Shown here: piece after piece, positions 26,230-38,375 of the stretch
Layout of the letters: each line of letters starts with the position of its first letter
Numbering within the stretch: the stretch's first letter is position 1
DNA from: Mobula hypostoma
Lineage: Eukaryota
Direction of reading: 5' to 3'
Length of the DNA: 64,000 nucleotides
NCBI RefSeq assembly: GCF_963921235.1
Contig: NC_086097.1
Location: forward strand, 208,632,001-208,696,000
Notes under the pieces: model-generated
The model's database searches: none
Seen by the model: only the letters and a program-made list of their open reading frames with translations
Told to the model about the DNA's origin: nothing
Program-made: the position numbers and the translations under genes

Positions 26230-28160
26230 ACAGGATACAGTGGTCAGGCCTGGCAGCTTCTCAATCCACCACAAGAACTGATCTGCTGATTAGGAGAAGG
26301 TCAGAGGTCTGTGTATAAACTCTTCATGGTACTCGAATGTAGTAGTCTTGTCATGCTCTTGTTCTCTTGACCTGAAACACCTAAGGATTAAGTGTCATCT
26401 GTTCTACTTACCAAGAGAGTTTTGTTCTGTAAACTTGACCACAACTTACATACCGACAATAGCAAATGTTAAGCAAGCACTTGATGTACTACATGCCACT
26501 ATTAGCAAACAAGAAACAGTCTACCCCGATATCTTTCAAATCATTTCCAAGGACTTCAATCAGCCTTGCTAGAAGAAATTGCTGCCCAATTATCTTCAAT
26601 TTATCACCTGCAGGGGTCCCAACACACTTGGCCAGTGTTACACTATGATCAGGAATGCTTAATATGCCATCCCTGGACTGCATTTCAGGAACCCTGACCA
26701 TCTGGTTGTCTTCCTCATACAGACAGAGGCTGAAAAACAAGTCACAAGAGGTAAGGACAACAATGAGAGTGTCATGGGAGGCAGAGAAGCGGCCTTGGGA
26801 TTGCTTCAAGCTGATGGACTTGGCCATATTCAAGTACTCATCAGAGAATCTGAAAAAATATGTCACAGTAGTCACAGACTTTATAAAAACACTCATGGAT
26901 GAGTGTGTCACCAAAAAATCATTCCCCAACCAGAAGCTCTGGATGAAACAAGAGATATGCAAACTGCTGAGGGTCAGATTAATGGTGTTCATGTCTGGTG
27001 ACCAAGGAAAATTAAATGAGGTCCAGGTATGACCTCCAGAAAGCCATCTTACATGCACTGTGGGAATTCCAAACCAAACTTGAATCAAAGGAGGATGCTC
27101 AACAGCTGTGTCAGAGCTAGAATGCTGTCACCTCCTACAAATTAAAACCAAGTGATATAGGTGACAAAAAGGTTTTGCTCCCAGATGAGCTTGATGTCCT
27201 TGATCCTCACTTTGACAGACGGAACCTTAAGGCACCTTCACAAACTCCTACAGTCTCTGACATCCTTGTGATTTCAGTCTCTGAGGCTGACCTGAGAGCA
27301 TCCTGCAGGAGGGTGAATCCATGGAGAGTTTCTGGCCCAAATCAGTACCAGGCTGAGCACTGAAGGCCACTGCTAATCAACTGGTTACTGATACCTTTAA
27401 CCTCTCGTTTTGGCAGTCTGAGGTCCACCTGCTTCAAACAGGTTTCGATTATACCGCTACCCAAGAAGAACGTGGCAACCTACTTCAATGACTATTGTCC
27501 ACTAGCACTTACATGTGATGAAATGCTTTGAGGAGTTTGTGATGAAACGTATCAGTTCTGCCTGAGGACCTGCATGTGTCTGTTCTAATTTGCCTACCGT
27601 CACAACTGTTCACCAGTAAATGTCATTTCAATGGCTCTTTGCTCAATTCCGTAACATCTGAACAGCATAGGTTCATACACCATGATGCTCTTCATTGACT
27701 ATACCTCTGCATTCAACACTTTGTCCCCTCAAAACTGATCAAATGGCTCCAAGACCTAGCCCTCAATACCTCCTTGTGCAACTGAATCCTCAATTTCCTC
27801 ATTTGCAGACCTCAGTCAGTTAGGATTGGCAACAACGGCTCCTGCACAATCACCTTCAGGACAAGTGTACCACAAAGCTGTGTGTTTAGCCTCCTGCACT
27901 AATCCTTTTACACTTATGACTTTGAGGCTAGATGCCATATTTGTTTGCTGATGATTCCGCTGTTGCTAGACGAATCAATAGTGGTGACGAATCAGGATAC
28001 TGGAGGGAGATTGAAAATCTAGCTGAGTGTTGCCACAACAACAGCCTCACAGTCATCGTCAGCAAAAGCAAAGAGCTGATTATTGATTACAGGACGAGGA
28101 AGCCAGTGGTCTGTGAACCAATCCTCATCAGGGGATCAGAGATGGACAGGTTCAGTAACT
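26230..28160 (+). mobile_element. Long degenerate Rex1/Babar-like LINE (endonuclease to RT)
   Basis: FYLPREF, DFNQ, FPNQKLWM, LFADD and KSKELIIDYR in broken frames; a matching 3' UTR resumes at about 29715-29935. Confidence 0.85.
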
Positions 28161-29710
28161 TCAGAATCAGAATCGGAATCAGAATCAGGTTTATTATCAC
28201 CAGCATGTGATGTGAAATTTGTTAACTTGCAGCAGCAGTTCAATGCAATACATAATATAGCACAGAGAGAAAGAGAGAAAGAAATAATAAATAAAATAAA
28301 ACATAATAAATAAACAAGTAAATCAAAATAGATTATTAAGAAAATGTGCAAGAACAGAAATACTGTATATTAAAATAAAGTGAGGGAGTGTTCAAAGCTT
28401 CAACATCCATTTAGACATAGTCATAGTCATACTTGATTGATCCCGGGGGAAATTGATTTTCATTACAGTTGCACCATAAATACAGTTGCATCAGGAATCA
28501 GATGGCAGAGGGGAAGAAGCTGTTCCCGAATCACTGAGTGTGTGCCTGTCAGGCTTCTGTATCTCCTATCTGATGGTAACAGTGAGAAAAGTTCATGCCC
28601 TGGGTGCTGGAGGTCTTTAATAATGGATGCTGCCTTTCTGAGACACCGCTCCCTAAAGATGTCCTGGATACTTTGTAGGCTAGTACCCAAGATGGAGCTG
28701 ACTAGATTTACAACCTTCTGCAGCTTCTTTTGGTCCTGTGCAGTAGCCCCTCTATACCAGACAGTGATGCAGCCTGTCAGAATGCTCTCCACAGTGCAAC
28801 TATTGAAGTTTTAGAGTGGATTTGTTGACATGCCAAGTTGCTTCAAACTCCTAATAAAGTATAGCCGCTGTTTTGCCTTCTTTATGACTACATCAATATG
28901 TTAGGACCAGGTTCGATCCTCAGAGATCTTGATACCGAGGAACTTGAAGCTGCTCACTCCCTCCATTTCTGATCCCTCTATGAGGATTGGTATGTGTTCC
29001 TTCGTCTTACCCTTCCTGAAGTCCACAATCAGCTCTTTCTTCTTACTGATGTTGTGCCAGGTTACTGCTGCAGCACCATTCCACTAGTTGGCATACCTCA
29101 CTCCTGTACGCCCTCTCGTCACCACCTGAGATTCTACCAACAATGGTTGTATCGTCAGCAAATTTGTAGATGGTGTTTGAGCTATGCCTAGCCATGCAGT
29201 TATGTATATACAGAGAGTAGAGCAGTGGGCTAAGCACACACCCCTGAGGTGCACCAGTGTTGATCGTCAGCGAAGAGAATATGTTCTTACCAATACGCAC
29301 AGACTGTGGTCTTCCGGTTAGGAAGTTGACGATCCAATGACAGAGGGAGGTACAGAGGCCCAGGTTCTGCAACTTCTCAATTGGGATTGTGGGAATGATG
29401 GTATTAAATGCTGAGCTATAGTTGACGAACAGCATCCTGACGTAGGTGTTTGTGTGGTTTAGGTGGTCTAAAGCCGAGTAAAGAGCCATGGAGATTGCAT
29501 CTGCCGTTGACGTATTGTGACAATGGGCAGATTGCAATGGGTCCAGGTCCTTGCTGAAGCAGGAGTTCAGTCTAGTCATAACCAACCTCTCAAAGCATTT
29601 CATTACCGCTGATGTGAGTGCTACCGGGTGATAGTCGTTAAGGCAGCCCACATTATTCTTCTTTGGCACTGGTATAATTGTTGCCTTTTTAAAGCAGGTG
29701 GGAACTTCTC
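28161..29710 (-). mobile_element. Rex1/Babar-like LINE inserted antisense into the previous copy
   Basis: ORFs 29043-29669(-) ([23 protein letters not shown]) and 28463-28792(-); (ATTCTG)n tail at 28161-28188; short fragment of another subfamily at about 28415-28490. Confidence 0.9.
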
Positions 29711-30001
29711 CAACTCATGTTCTCCATATTTGTTTGTTTGTTTGTTTGTTTATTTATTATTTTACTTTTTTGTACTTGCACAATTTGTTGCCTTTTGCAC
29801 ACTGGTTCTCTGTTGGTCCTCATTGTGTGCATTTTTCCTTGATTCTATTGTGTTTCTTTATATTCACAGCCTACAAGAAAATGAATCTCAGGGTAAAATA
29901 TATAGACTTTGATGATAAACTTACTTTAAACTTTCTATATTCTTAGTGGTCAGAATTTCTGGATTTTCCTTCTGAAGCGTTGACCTCTTAGTCTCGTGAC
30001 A

Positions 30002-30143
30002 ACAGTGGCACAGCCAGTGGAATTGTTACCTCATAGCTCCAGTGATTTGGGTTCAATTTTGATGTGACAGTGTGGAGAATGCTTGTTTCCTCTGGGTGCC
30101 CCAGTTTCCTCCAACATACGATAGACATGCTGGTTGATAGGTG
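30002..30143 (+). mobile_element. Degenerate V-SINE/HE1-like SINE
   Basis: A-box-like GTGGCACAGCCAGTGG, B-box-like GGGTTCAATT and TTTCCTCTGGGTGCCCCAGTTTCCTCC. Confidence 0.55.
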
Positions 30144-30174
30144 CAATAAAAAAAGAATAATGAGGTAGAACTCA

Positions 30175-30790
30175 TGGGTTCATGGACTGTTCAGGAAGCT
30201 GATGACGGAGGAGAAAAACTTTTCCTGAATAACTGAGTGTGGGTCCTTAGGTTTTTGTACTTTCTTCCTGATGGCAGTAATCACCATAGCCCCGATGGTG
30301 AAGACATCCATGATGCTGGGGAGGATTGTGCCAGTGATGAAGTTGGCTGAGTCTATAAACCTGTGCAGTCTCTTGCAATTCTGTGCATTGGTGACTCCAT
30401 ACTGTGGGAAGTCAGAATACTCTCCATCTATAGAAATGTACATCCATAGAAATTTGTAAGAATCTTTAGTGACATACAAAATGTCCTCAAACTCCTAATG
30501 AAGTAGAGCCATTTGTGATTGCATCAATGTGATGGACCCAGGGTGGATCCTTGAAGATATTGATACTCAGGAACTTAAAGCTGTTCACCTTTTCCACTGC
30601 TGACCCCTCAATGAATACTGGTGCGAGTTCTCCTGACTTCCCCTTCCCAAAGTCTACAATAATTTCCTTGGTCTTGCTAAAGTTATTGTTGTGACACTAC
30701 TCAGCCAACTGATTTACCTCAATCGTATGCTCCTCCTCATTTTCATCTAAGATTTTACCAACAACACAGGTGTTGCCAGTGAATTTATGA
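30175..30790 (-). mobile_element. Degenerate Rex1/Babar-like fragment
   Basis: FKFLS and NAQNCKRLHRFIDSANFITGT relics. Confidence 0.7.
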
Positions 30791-31889
30791 ATGGATGCTT
30801 TTAAAATACCAAAAACATTTTAAACCTTTACAAATGGATTACCAAATAGACAGAAATAATGGCAATTATCATAAGGAGGCACAAGGACAGAGATCACAGT
30901 ATAGGAAGAAGCTTAAGGGACGTCTTGAAAGAAGAATGAGCAGGAATACTTGGGATAGAACATACTGAAACTGAGCGTTTGTTTTACTTGAAACTGTAGA
31001 GGTAAATGGGAAAATTTGACTGTGGTATACAAAGTATGAAGGATGTACTGAGATGGGTAGATGGTAAGAAGTTTCTCCATTTAGCAGAGATTCATAAAAC
31101 CAGAGCACACAAATTTAGGGTAAGAGGCAGAAAGTTTAGAAGGGATAGGAAGAAGAATATATTTTATTAAATCAAGAAAGTAGTTGGAATCTGGAATGCA
31201 CTGCCTTACTCTATTAACATTTAAGATGCATCTGGATGAACAGTTAGCATGTAGACTGGTAAATAGGATTAGTATTATAATGAAAGAATATGTCTCCATA
31301 CTATATGAATCTAGGACTATAAGGCTGCAGTGCTGGATATCCTTAGTTTGATGAGGATAAACCTGAAGAATAGATAATGCAAATTAGTGCTGGAATACTC
31401 GAGTGTGGTGATAACACAAGATCTGAATAAAGAAGCTGGGTTAAAGGGGTGATAGAGAGAGACAGACACATTAAGAGGTTTAATGTTATGTTACTGAATT
31501 TAGCTCAAGTCATAGATGCTCTCAGTGAAGCAATATAACCTGGGAGGTTTAGAACTAGAATTGATTAATGGATACTCATTATGACATGTGAATTGAGATA
31601 GGAATTGACACTACAAGGTTATTATTGACACATTAACATCCAGTTCAAGTTTATTGTCATTGAACCATACACATGTATACAGATAAACAAAACAACATTC
31701 CTATGGGACCAAGGTGCAAAACACAGTGCATACTTTACATCACATACAAGACATAAATCAATATTAATGCAATAATATTAACATATACTAAAAATTCTGT
31801 AGGTGTACAAGTTGACATAAAGTGCTTATGCAACATATAGTTAAATATACAACAGTATAATGCTCCTGGCACTGTCATAAATATTAATA

Positions 31890-32042
31890 CAGATCTACCT
31901 TCACTAATCCGACACCACTGGGACCTGAGGAGTGCCGGATTAGTGCAAATGCTGAATTACAGAAGGATCACATTAAGCATAATCAATGTTGGATTATCGA
32001 AGGAACCGGATTACAGGTAGTCGGATTAGTGAAGGTCAACTG
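31890..32042. mobile_element. 153-bp pogo/Tigger-like MITE
   Basis: TIRs CAGATCTACCTTCACTAATCCGAC and GTCGGATTAGTGAAGGTCAACTG; TA duplicated on both sides; internal CGGATTA sub-repeats. Confidence 0.85.
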
Positions 32043-32054
32043 TAATAATAATAT

Positions 32055-33100
32055 TAAGTACTTTATTGATCCCGAGTGGGAAATTCTTTCGTTACAGCAA
32101 CAACATTTAAAAATGCACTTAGCAGTGTGCAGACTTAACTAATAATAAAGTACAGAATAATAATATACACAAAAGTAATTTACAAATGTGCAATAATAAT
32201 GTACAAAATAATAAAGCAGGGACTATTGTACTATGATGTGTGCTCTCTTGTCGCGCAGAGATGAACTGTTGTATATGCTATTGCATTTCGTAGGAAAGAT
32301 TTTCTGTGACAATCCTTGTGACAGTGGAGCTGAATGAGTCTGTTCGAAAGGGTGCTCAGCTGCTTATTTTGTGGGTGATAGAGAGGGCGTGCCAGATTGT
32401 CCGTAACGGATAACAATTCGTTTTGTGACCTCCTCTCCACCACTAATTCAAACTAGTCCAGGTTGTAGCCAAGGATGGATCCAGCCATTTTGATGAGTTT
32501 ATTTAGACTTTTTGTATCACCAGTACTAATGCTGATCCTCCAACATAAAGCCACAAAGAAGACTGCACTTGCTACAACAGATCTCCAACATCCTGCTGCA
32601 CACATCGAAGGATCTCATCTTCCTCCGAAAATAGCGTCTGCTCATCCCCCTCTTGGTGTTAGTTTTCCAGTCAAGCCCGTTGCCAAGGGGAACACCCAAA
32701 TATTTTTACTTCTCCACCATCACAACTTCTTCTGGCAAATGTATACAGGACTCTTCACCATCCTCTTCCTCCTAAAATCAATCACCACCTCCCTGGTTTT
32801 GGTCACATTTAGGAGCAAGTGATTCCTTCCGCACCACTCCACAAACGTGTCCACCAGTCCCCTGTATTCCGACTCCTGCCCATCTCTGATACACCCAACC
32901 ACTGCAGAGTCATCAGAAAACTTCTGCAAGTGACAAGACTCAGACTTCTACTGAAAGTCCGAGGCGCACAGTGTGAACAGAAATGGAGACAGGACAGTCC
33001 TTCGTGGCACACCATCTCAGGCAGAGAACTACCCAGACGTACAAACTGGTATCTACCTGTCAGGTAGTCAGTAATCCAGGAGATTGTGGATGATCCAGGA
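32055..33100 (-). mobile_element. Rex1/Babar-like LINE 3' part (FSDD subfamily)
   Basis: ORF 32720-32929(-) QKFSDDSAVVGCI..LLLNVTKTREVVIDFRR; 3' end GGGATCAATAAAGTA. Confidence 0.85.
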
Positions 33101-33339
33101 GATAACGTGTACTAGGTAGTATTAGAGTGCTCAGAGGACTCACAGCCTGGGAGGAAGAAGTTGTTACTCCACCAAACAATCCTTGTACCTTCTGCCTGAT
33201 GGTAGGAAGTTAAAGAAACTGTGGGATGGATGGGGGAGGAGCTGAGGGCTCTTGAACACAGCACTTATTGTATGTATCCTGGACGGTGGGGAGAGAGATG
33301 ATTCCCTCAATCCATTCTCACAACCCATTACAGGGTTTT

Positions 33340-34320
33340 AACCTCTTCCTTAATATCAACAGGTCAAAGGAGTTGGTTATCGAATTCAGAAAAACTCGCA
33401 CCACTCACACGCATCTTTATGTTGGTGGCACAGCAGTGGAAACTGCACTCAGTTTCAGATTCCTGGGAGTGCACATCACAGACAACCATTCATGGTCCCA
33501 GGACACAACCTACACAGTCAAGGCAGGAAGCCCTTTCTTCAAAGGGTTTTGGCCTGAAATATTGACTGCACTTTTTTTCATAGATGCTGCCTGACCTGCT
33601 GGGTTCCCCCAGCATTTTCTGTGTGTTGCTCGGATTTCCAGCATCTGCAGATTCTCTCTTGTTTGTGCTTTGACTAATCAGTCGAGAAAGTTCATTAATG
33701 CCTCTACTTTCTGAGGTGATGAAGAGAACAGAACTTTACACATTTATACTCATGTCATTCTACAGATGCTCAGTCGAGAGCATCCTGAAAAACAGCATCA
33801 CTGCTTGGTATGGAAACTGCTCTGTGGCAGATAGAAAGGCTGCACGAGGGGTGGTGGTCAAAACTGACCAATGCATCACCAGCACCAGCCTATCTGCTAT
33901 CAAGGACATATATCCATAAAGGTGCCAGAAAAGGGCCAATAACATCATGAAGAATCCCACTCACCCTTCTTAATGACTATTTGTCCCATTCCCATCAGTG
34001 GGAGGCTACATGGCATCCACACCTGGACAGTCAGACTCAAAACATGATTACTCTCCCCAAGCAGTAAGGCTGATCAGAACTCCACCCACCAACTCCATCG
34101 CTACATTATTATTTCCTGTTAGTCACCTTATGTACAACCTAGTTTAATTTTGTGGACGTACAATCAATCTATTTATATAAGTTATCTTATGTGTTTTTTT
34201 AAATATTGGGTTCTTTTTCTTTGTGTTTTTTTTGTGCCACATTGGATATAGAGTAACAATTATTTTGTTACCCTTTACACTTGTGTACTGGAATTGACAT
34301 TAAACAATCTTGAATCTTGC
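33340..34320 (+). mobile_element. Rex1/Babar-like 3' fragment interrupted by a PLE terminus (about 33535-33668)
   Basis: KELVIEFRK..FRFLGVHITD, then PLE end (GATGCTGCCTGACCTGCTG..CCAGCATCTGCAGA), then FYRCSVESIL; TCTTGAATCTTG tail. Confidence 0.8.
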
Positions 34321-36589
34321 AGTCAGATGCCTTGCAATTCCCACACCAGGAGGTGATACAGAGAGTCAGGTCACTCTTGATGGTGCTCCGGTAGAATGTG
34401 GTTAGAATGGGGTGTGGAGCTTTGCTCACCTCAATCTTCCCAGGAAGTGGAGGTGCTACTGTACTTTATTGACTATAGAGGTAGTGTTGATGGACCAGAT
34501 GAGATAATCCATGATATGCACTCCAAGAAATTTTCAGCTATAGCCAAAGACTCCTGAGGTCAACTGACTTGAACACATACTTCAAGAGGTGTTTCGATAC
34601 GAATCAGAGCCAGGAAACTGAGTGAAGAATGACCATTTATATGCAGCGTTAAAAGGCAAATAGCATCTGTTACTCAGTATAAGGGTAGAGAAATATTAGT
34701 GAAATATAAAGCCAGTCAATACAGTAGATAACAAAGCAACAATATTTTGTCCCTCATGATTCCGAAGGAAGTTATAACAAAGACTTTTCATGGTTTGCCA
34801 ATTTCCATATTGCACAATGCAGTGCATGCACCCACAAAGACAGCAAGTATGTACAGTTGAAAGTAGCTGGATGGTTGTTGGAAAAGAAAGGCTGTAATTT
34901 TAATAAAAACACATATTACCAAAATCCTTTGACATATTTCAAAATAGCCAGCATTGTTCAAACCAATGCCCAGCTCAAGTTGTTTATATCTATATTAATT
35001 CCAAGAGGGAAAAAACCAGCTTGAGTATATCATTCAACTGAAATCAGAATACAAATAATTTTGAACATGTGGTAATTAAATTCTGTAATGATTTCTAAAT
35101 AAACATTTTGATGTAAATCAGAATAATGCAGCTATAAAATTTTGATAATTTATTTCAATGGAACTAATTTACATCAAATTATTTTTCACTCGTTCATTTT
35201 AATTTAAAGCATTTCTTAATTTTTTCTTGTAAGATGTTGCCACATACAACACTCTTGTTGCAAACTCATGGAGAAGCTTTAGAACTATTTTTCTGTCTAG
35301 TTTAATTTTTTTTTGTTTCTGTGCTTGATGTTCTATCGACAATGTACAAGTTTTGTTATTTTTCCTGAATGTTTGTTGGAATGCAGCTGGAGTTTATTTT
35401 TCTTCTGAAGTGGCAGGAAGGGAAATCTGGAAAAATAGAGCCCATATGTCATTAGCAACTACGTGGCCGGTGTGCGTGGTACTGGTGTGATGACAGTTCA
35501 TACTTTTAGGTTAACATTCTCCCCTCTGCCCAAGGGAGTGGATAACTAACATAACATTTGCTAGCCTATATGATAGCCAAATGCAAGACGTCCTGAACCT
35601 CATCATTCATTCCACCTTCTTCCTCTGATTAAATGAGCAAGGAAATAACACACCCTAAGGAGGGGGCTGCACCATTTAACTAAAAAAAACTCCATGAAAG
35701 ATTTGCCTCCAATTAAGTGAGAGAGGTATTAAATTTACAGCTCCTTAATTGAAACTTTAATGCCTGTGCCAAATACTGAAATGGATAATATGATTACAGA
35801 ATGCCTACTTAATTGGTTCACTGTAACTCTCCATTCGATAACAGGACTAATAAGCCATTGGTGCAGTTAATTTCTGTAACTTGAAAGAACATAAAGAATC
35901 ACCCTTACCACGGTAAGATTAGCAGCTGAAATATTTGTTTGCTGTGTTCACACTTCTTGAATCACTACTTTTACTTACAGACTAAATGTTAGATGTTGTC
36001 CAAAATTGGATTGCTAACCAATCAAATCACAATCATACAAATCTGAAAGGCTTGCTTGGATCAAAGAAATACTTCTGATGTAGCCAGCAAGTGCCTGTTT
36101 TAATGCTGTACGGACAGTAGGTGATATCAGTTATCAAGGAAAACAAATATACTGTGAATAAAAGTGAAAATGATCCTTTAGTTTATTGGAGGATTACTGG
36201 AGTTCTGTACGCAATGTTAATGAGTTACTGTCTGCAGATGAGGGGTACTAGCTACAAACTTGCACCTTTTATGAAGATGTCTTAGTGAGCAGTGGAAAAA
36301 AAAGCAGTCGACAGTATTAAAGTTTTCAAGCTTTCACAGAGCCTGGATCCATTATAGGTAACCATGGGCAGGGTGCTGACGAATCGTTGGCTTCTGGGCT
36401 ACCTACGCATTGTATCTTGATGTAGTTGACCTACAGAGCTTGCCTGAGATCCGCTTGATAAAGAAACGTGTTTCTTTGCTACAGCCCATCCTATAACCTC
36501 CTAGGTGCTGATTTCTTGAGGTCATTCCCTATCGATGTATTTAGTTGATTACTGACCAAAATATAGCACTTAGGAGATATGGAGCGGCA

Positions 36590-38375
36590 TGAAGAACATC
36601 ACTGGCTTCAATCAGCCTAGCTGCAGAGCCTCAGAATGCAGCGTGAATGGGCTAATGAGTTAAACCAATTCTTCAACGGATTTGACAATTGCCCTCCTGT
36701 TCACACCACCCTCAGCGCACCAGTCCCTCAGCACCAATGCCTCCCCTTCTCCAGTTCAACAGTGGATGAACAACATAGGCTATGACTGTCCACATCCCCT
36801 TTGTGCCCTGCACCTACCATCCACACCTTCACATACCAACTGCTATCGTCCCAAACTTCACCTTCCCCAGTCCTACCTTCCACCAACTTCCGAGTCATCA
36901 TGAACTCAACTTCACTACTGAGCAGGTGAGAAGGGCTCCGGGGAAACACTGACACAGCAAAGCTTTGGGGCCGAATGGTGTGAACCCCAAGGTCCTGAAG
37001 GAGTTGCTGAGCAGCTGTGCGGAGTTCTCCAGTGCATTTTCAGTCTGAGTCACCCCCCTGGAAAGGGTCCTGACTGTGTGGAAAACATCATGTGTGATCC
37101 CAGTACCCAAGAAGGGCCAACCAAAAGTCTTGAACGACTGCCAACCAGTGGTCCTGACCTTACACATCATGTAGTTCTTTAGAGAGACTTTTCCTGTCTC
37201 ACCTCTGACCCCTGGTCAGATCAACCCTCCATCCTCTGCAGGTTGCTTTCCAGGAGCACATTGGGGTTGGTGATGATGTCATCTAGCTGCTGAACAGAGC
37301 TGGGGGAAAAGCTCCATTCAATGCATGTTGGCACTTCCATTGTATCCTGGATAATGGACTTCCTGGCTGGTGGACCACAGTTTGTGCAGCTTCAGAGCTG
37401 TGTGTCAGACATGGAAATAAGCAGCATTGAGGACCACAGGGGACTGTTTTGGCTGCTTTCCTGTTTACCCTGCATACTTTGGACTTTAGATACAACACTG
37501 AGTCATGTCATCTGCAAAAATTCTCTGATGACTCAGCAATAGTTGGGTGTATAAAGGGAGGATGGGAGGATGAATACAGGGCCTGGTGGAGGACTTTTCA
37601 AATGGTACAAGCTGAATCATCTGCTGCTCAACATCTGCAAGACAAAGGGGATGGTGATGGACTTTAGGAAGATTAAGCCTGCACTGCTCCATGTTGCTAT
37701 TGATGATGAGGACATGGATATGTTGAGGGCCTACAAGTACCTGGGGTTGCACCTGGATTACAGACTTGAGTGGAGCATTAACACAGAGGCTGTGTACAAG
37801 AAGGGCTAGAGTTGCCTGTACTTCCTGAGGAGATTAGGGTCTTTTGGAGTACGCAGTTCTCTCCTTCACATGTTCTACCAGTCTGCTGTTGCCAGTGCAA
37901 TCTTCTATGTGCTGGTGTGGTAGTGTAATGGCATCAATCTGGATGATGCCAACAGGCAATAAACTGATGAGAAAGGCTGTCTCTGTTATAGTAGCCAAAC
38001 TAGATACATTGGAGTCTGAGGTAGAACAAAGGACCCTATGGACACTCTAGGCAATTCTGGACAATGTTTCTTACCCTCTGCATGCCATGTTGGCTGAACA
38101 GAAGAGCATTTTTAGTAGTAGACTAAGACAACAGCACTGCTCCAAAGAGCACTGAATGAGGACAATCTTGCCGTCGGCTATTAGGCTCTATTATGAGGCA
38201 ACCTACATCTGGGAAGTGATGCCCATCTCCTGTTAGACTGTTTGAGTTAACTTATTTTTTATTCTTTCTTACTTCTTTTCTAATATTTGTATATTTGTGT
38301 ATCTGTGCACTTGTAATGCTACAGTGACACTGTAATTTCTTTTGGGATCACTAAAGTATCTATCTATCTATCTAT
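36590..38375 (+). mobile_element. Degenerate Rex1/Babar-like LINE (FSDD subfamily)
   Basis: HLQKFSDDSAIVGCI and YKYLGLHLD; (TATC)n tail at 38357-38375. Confidence 0.85.
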
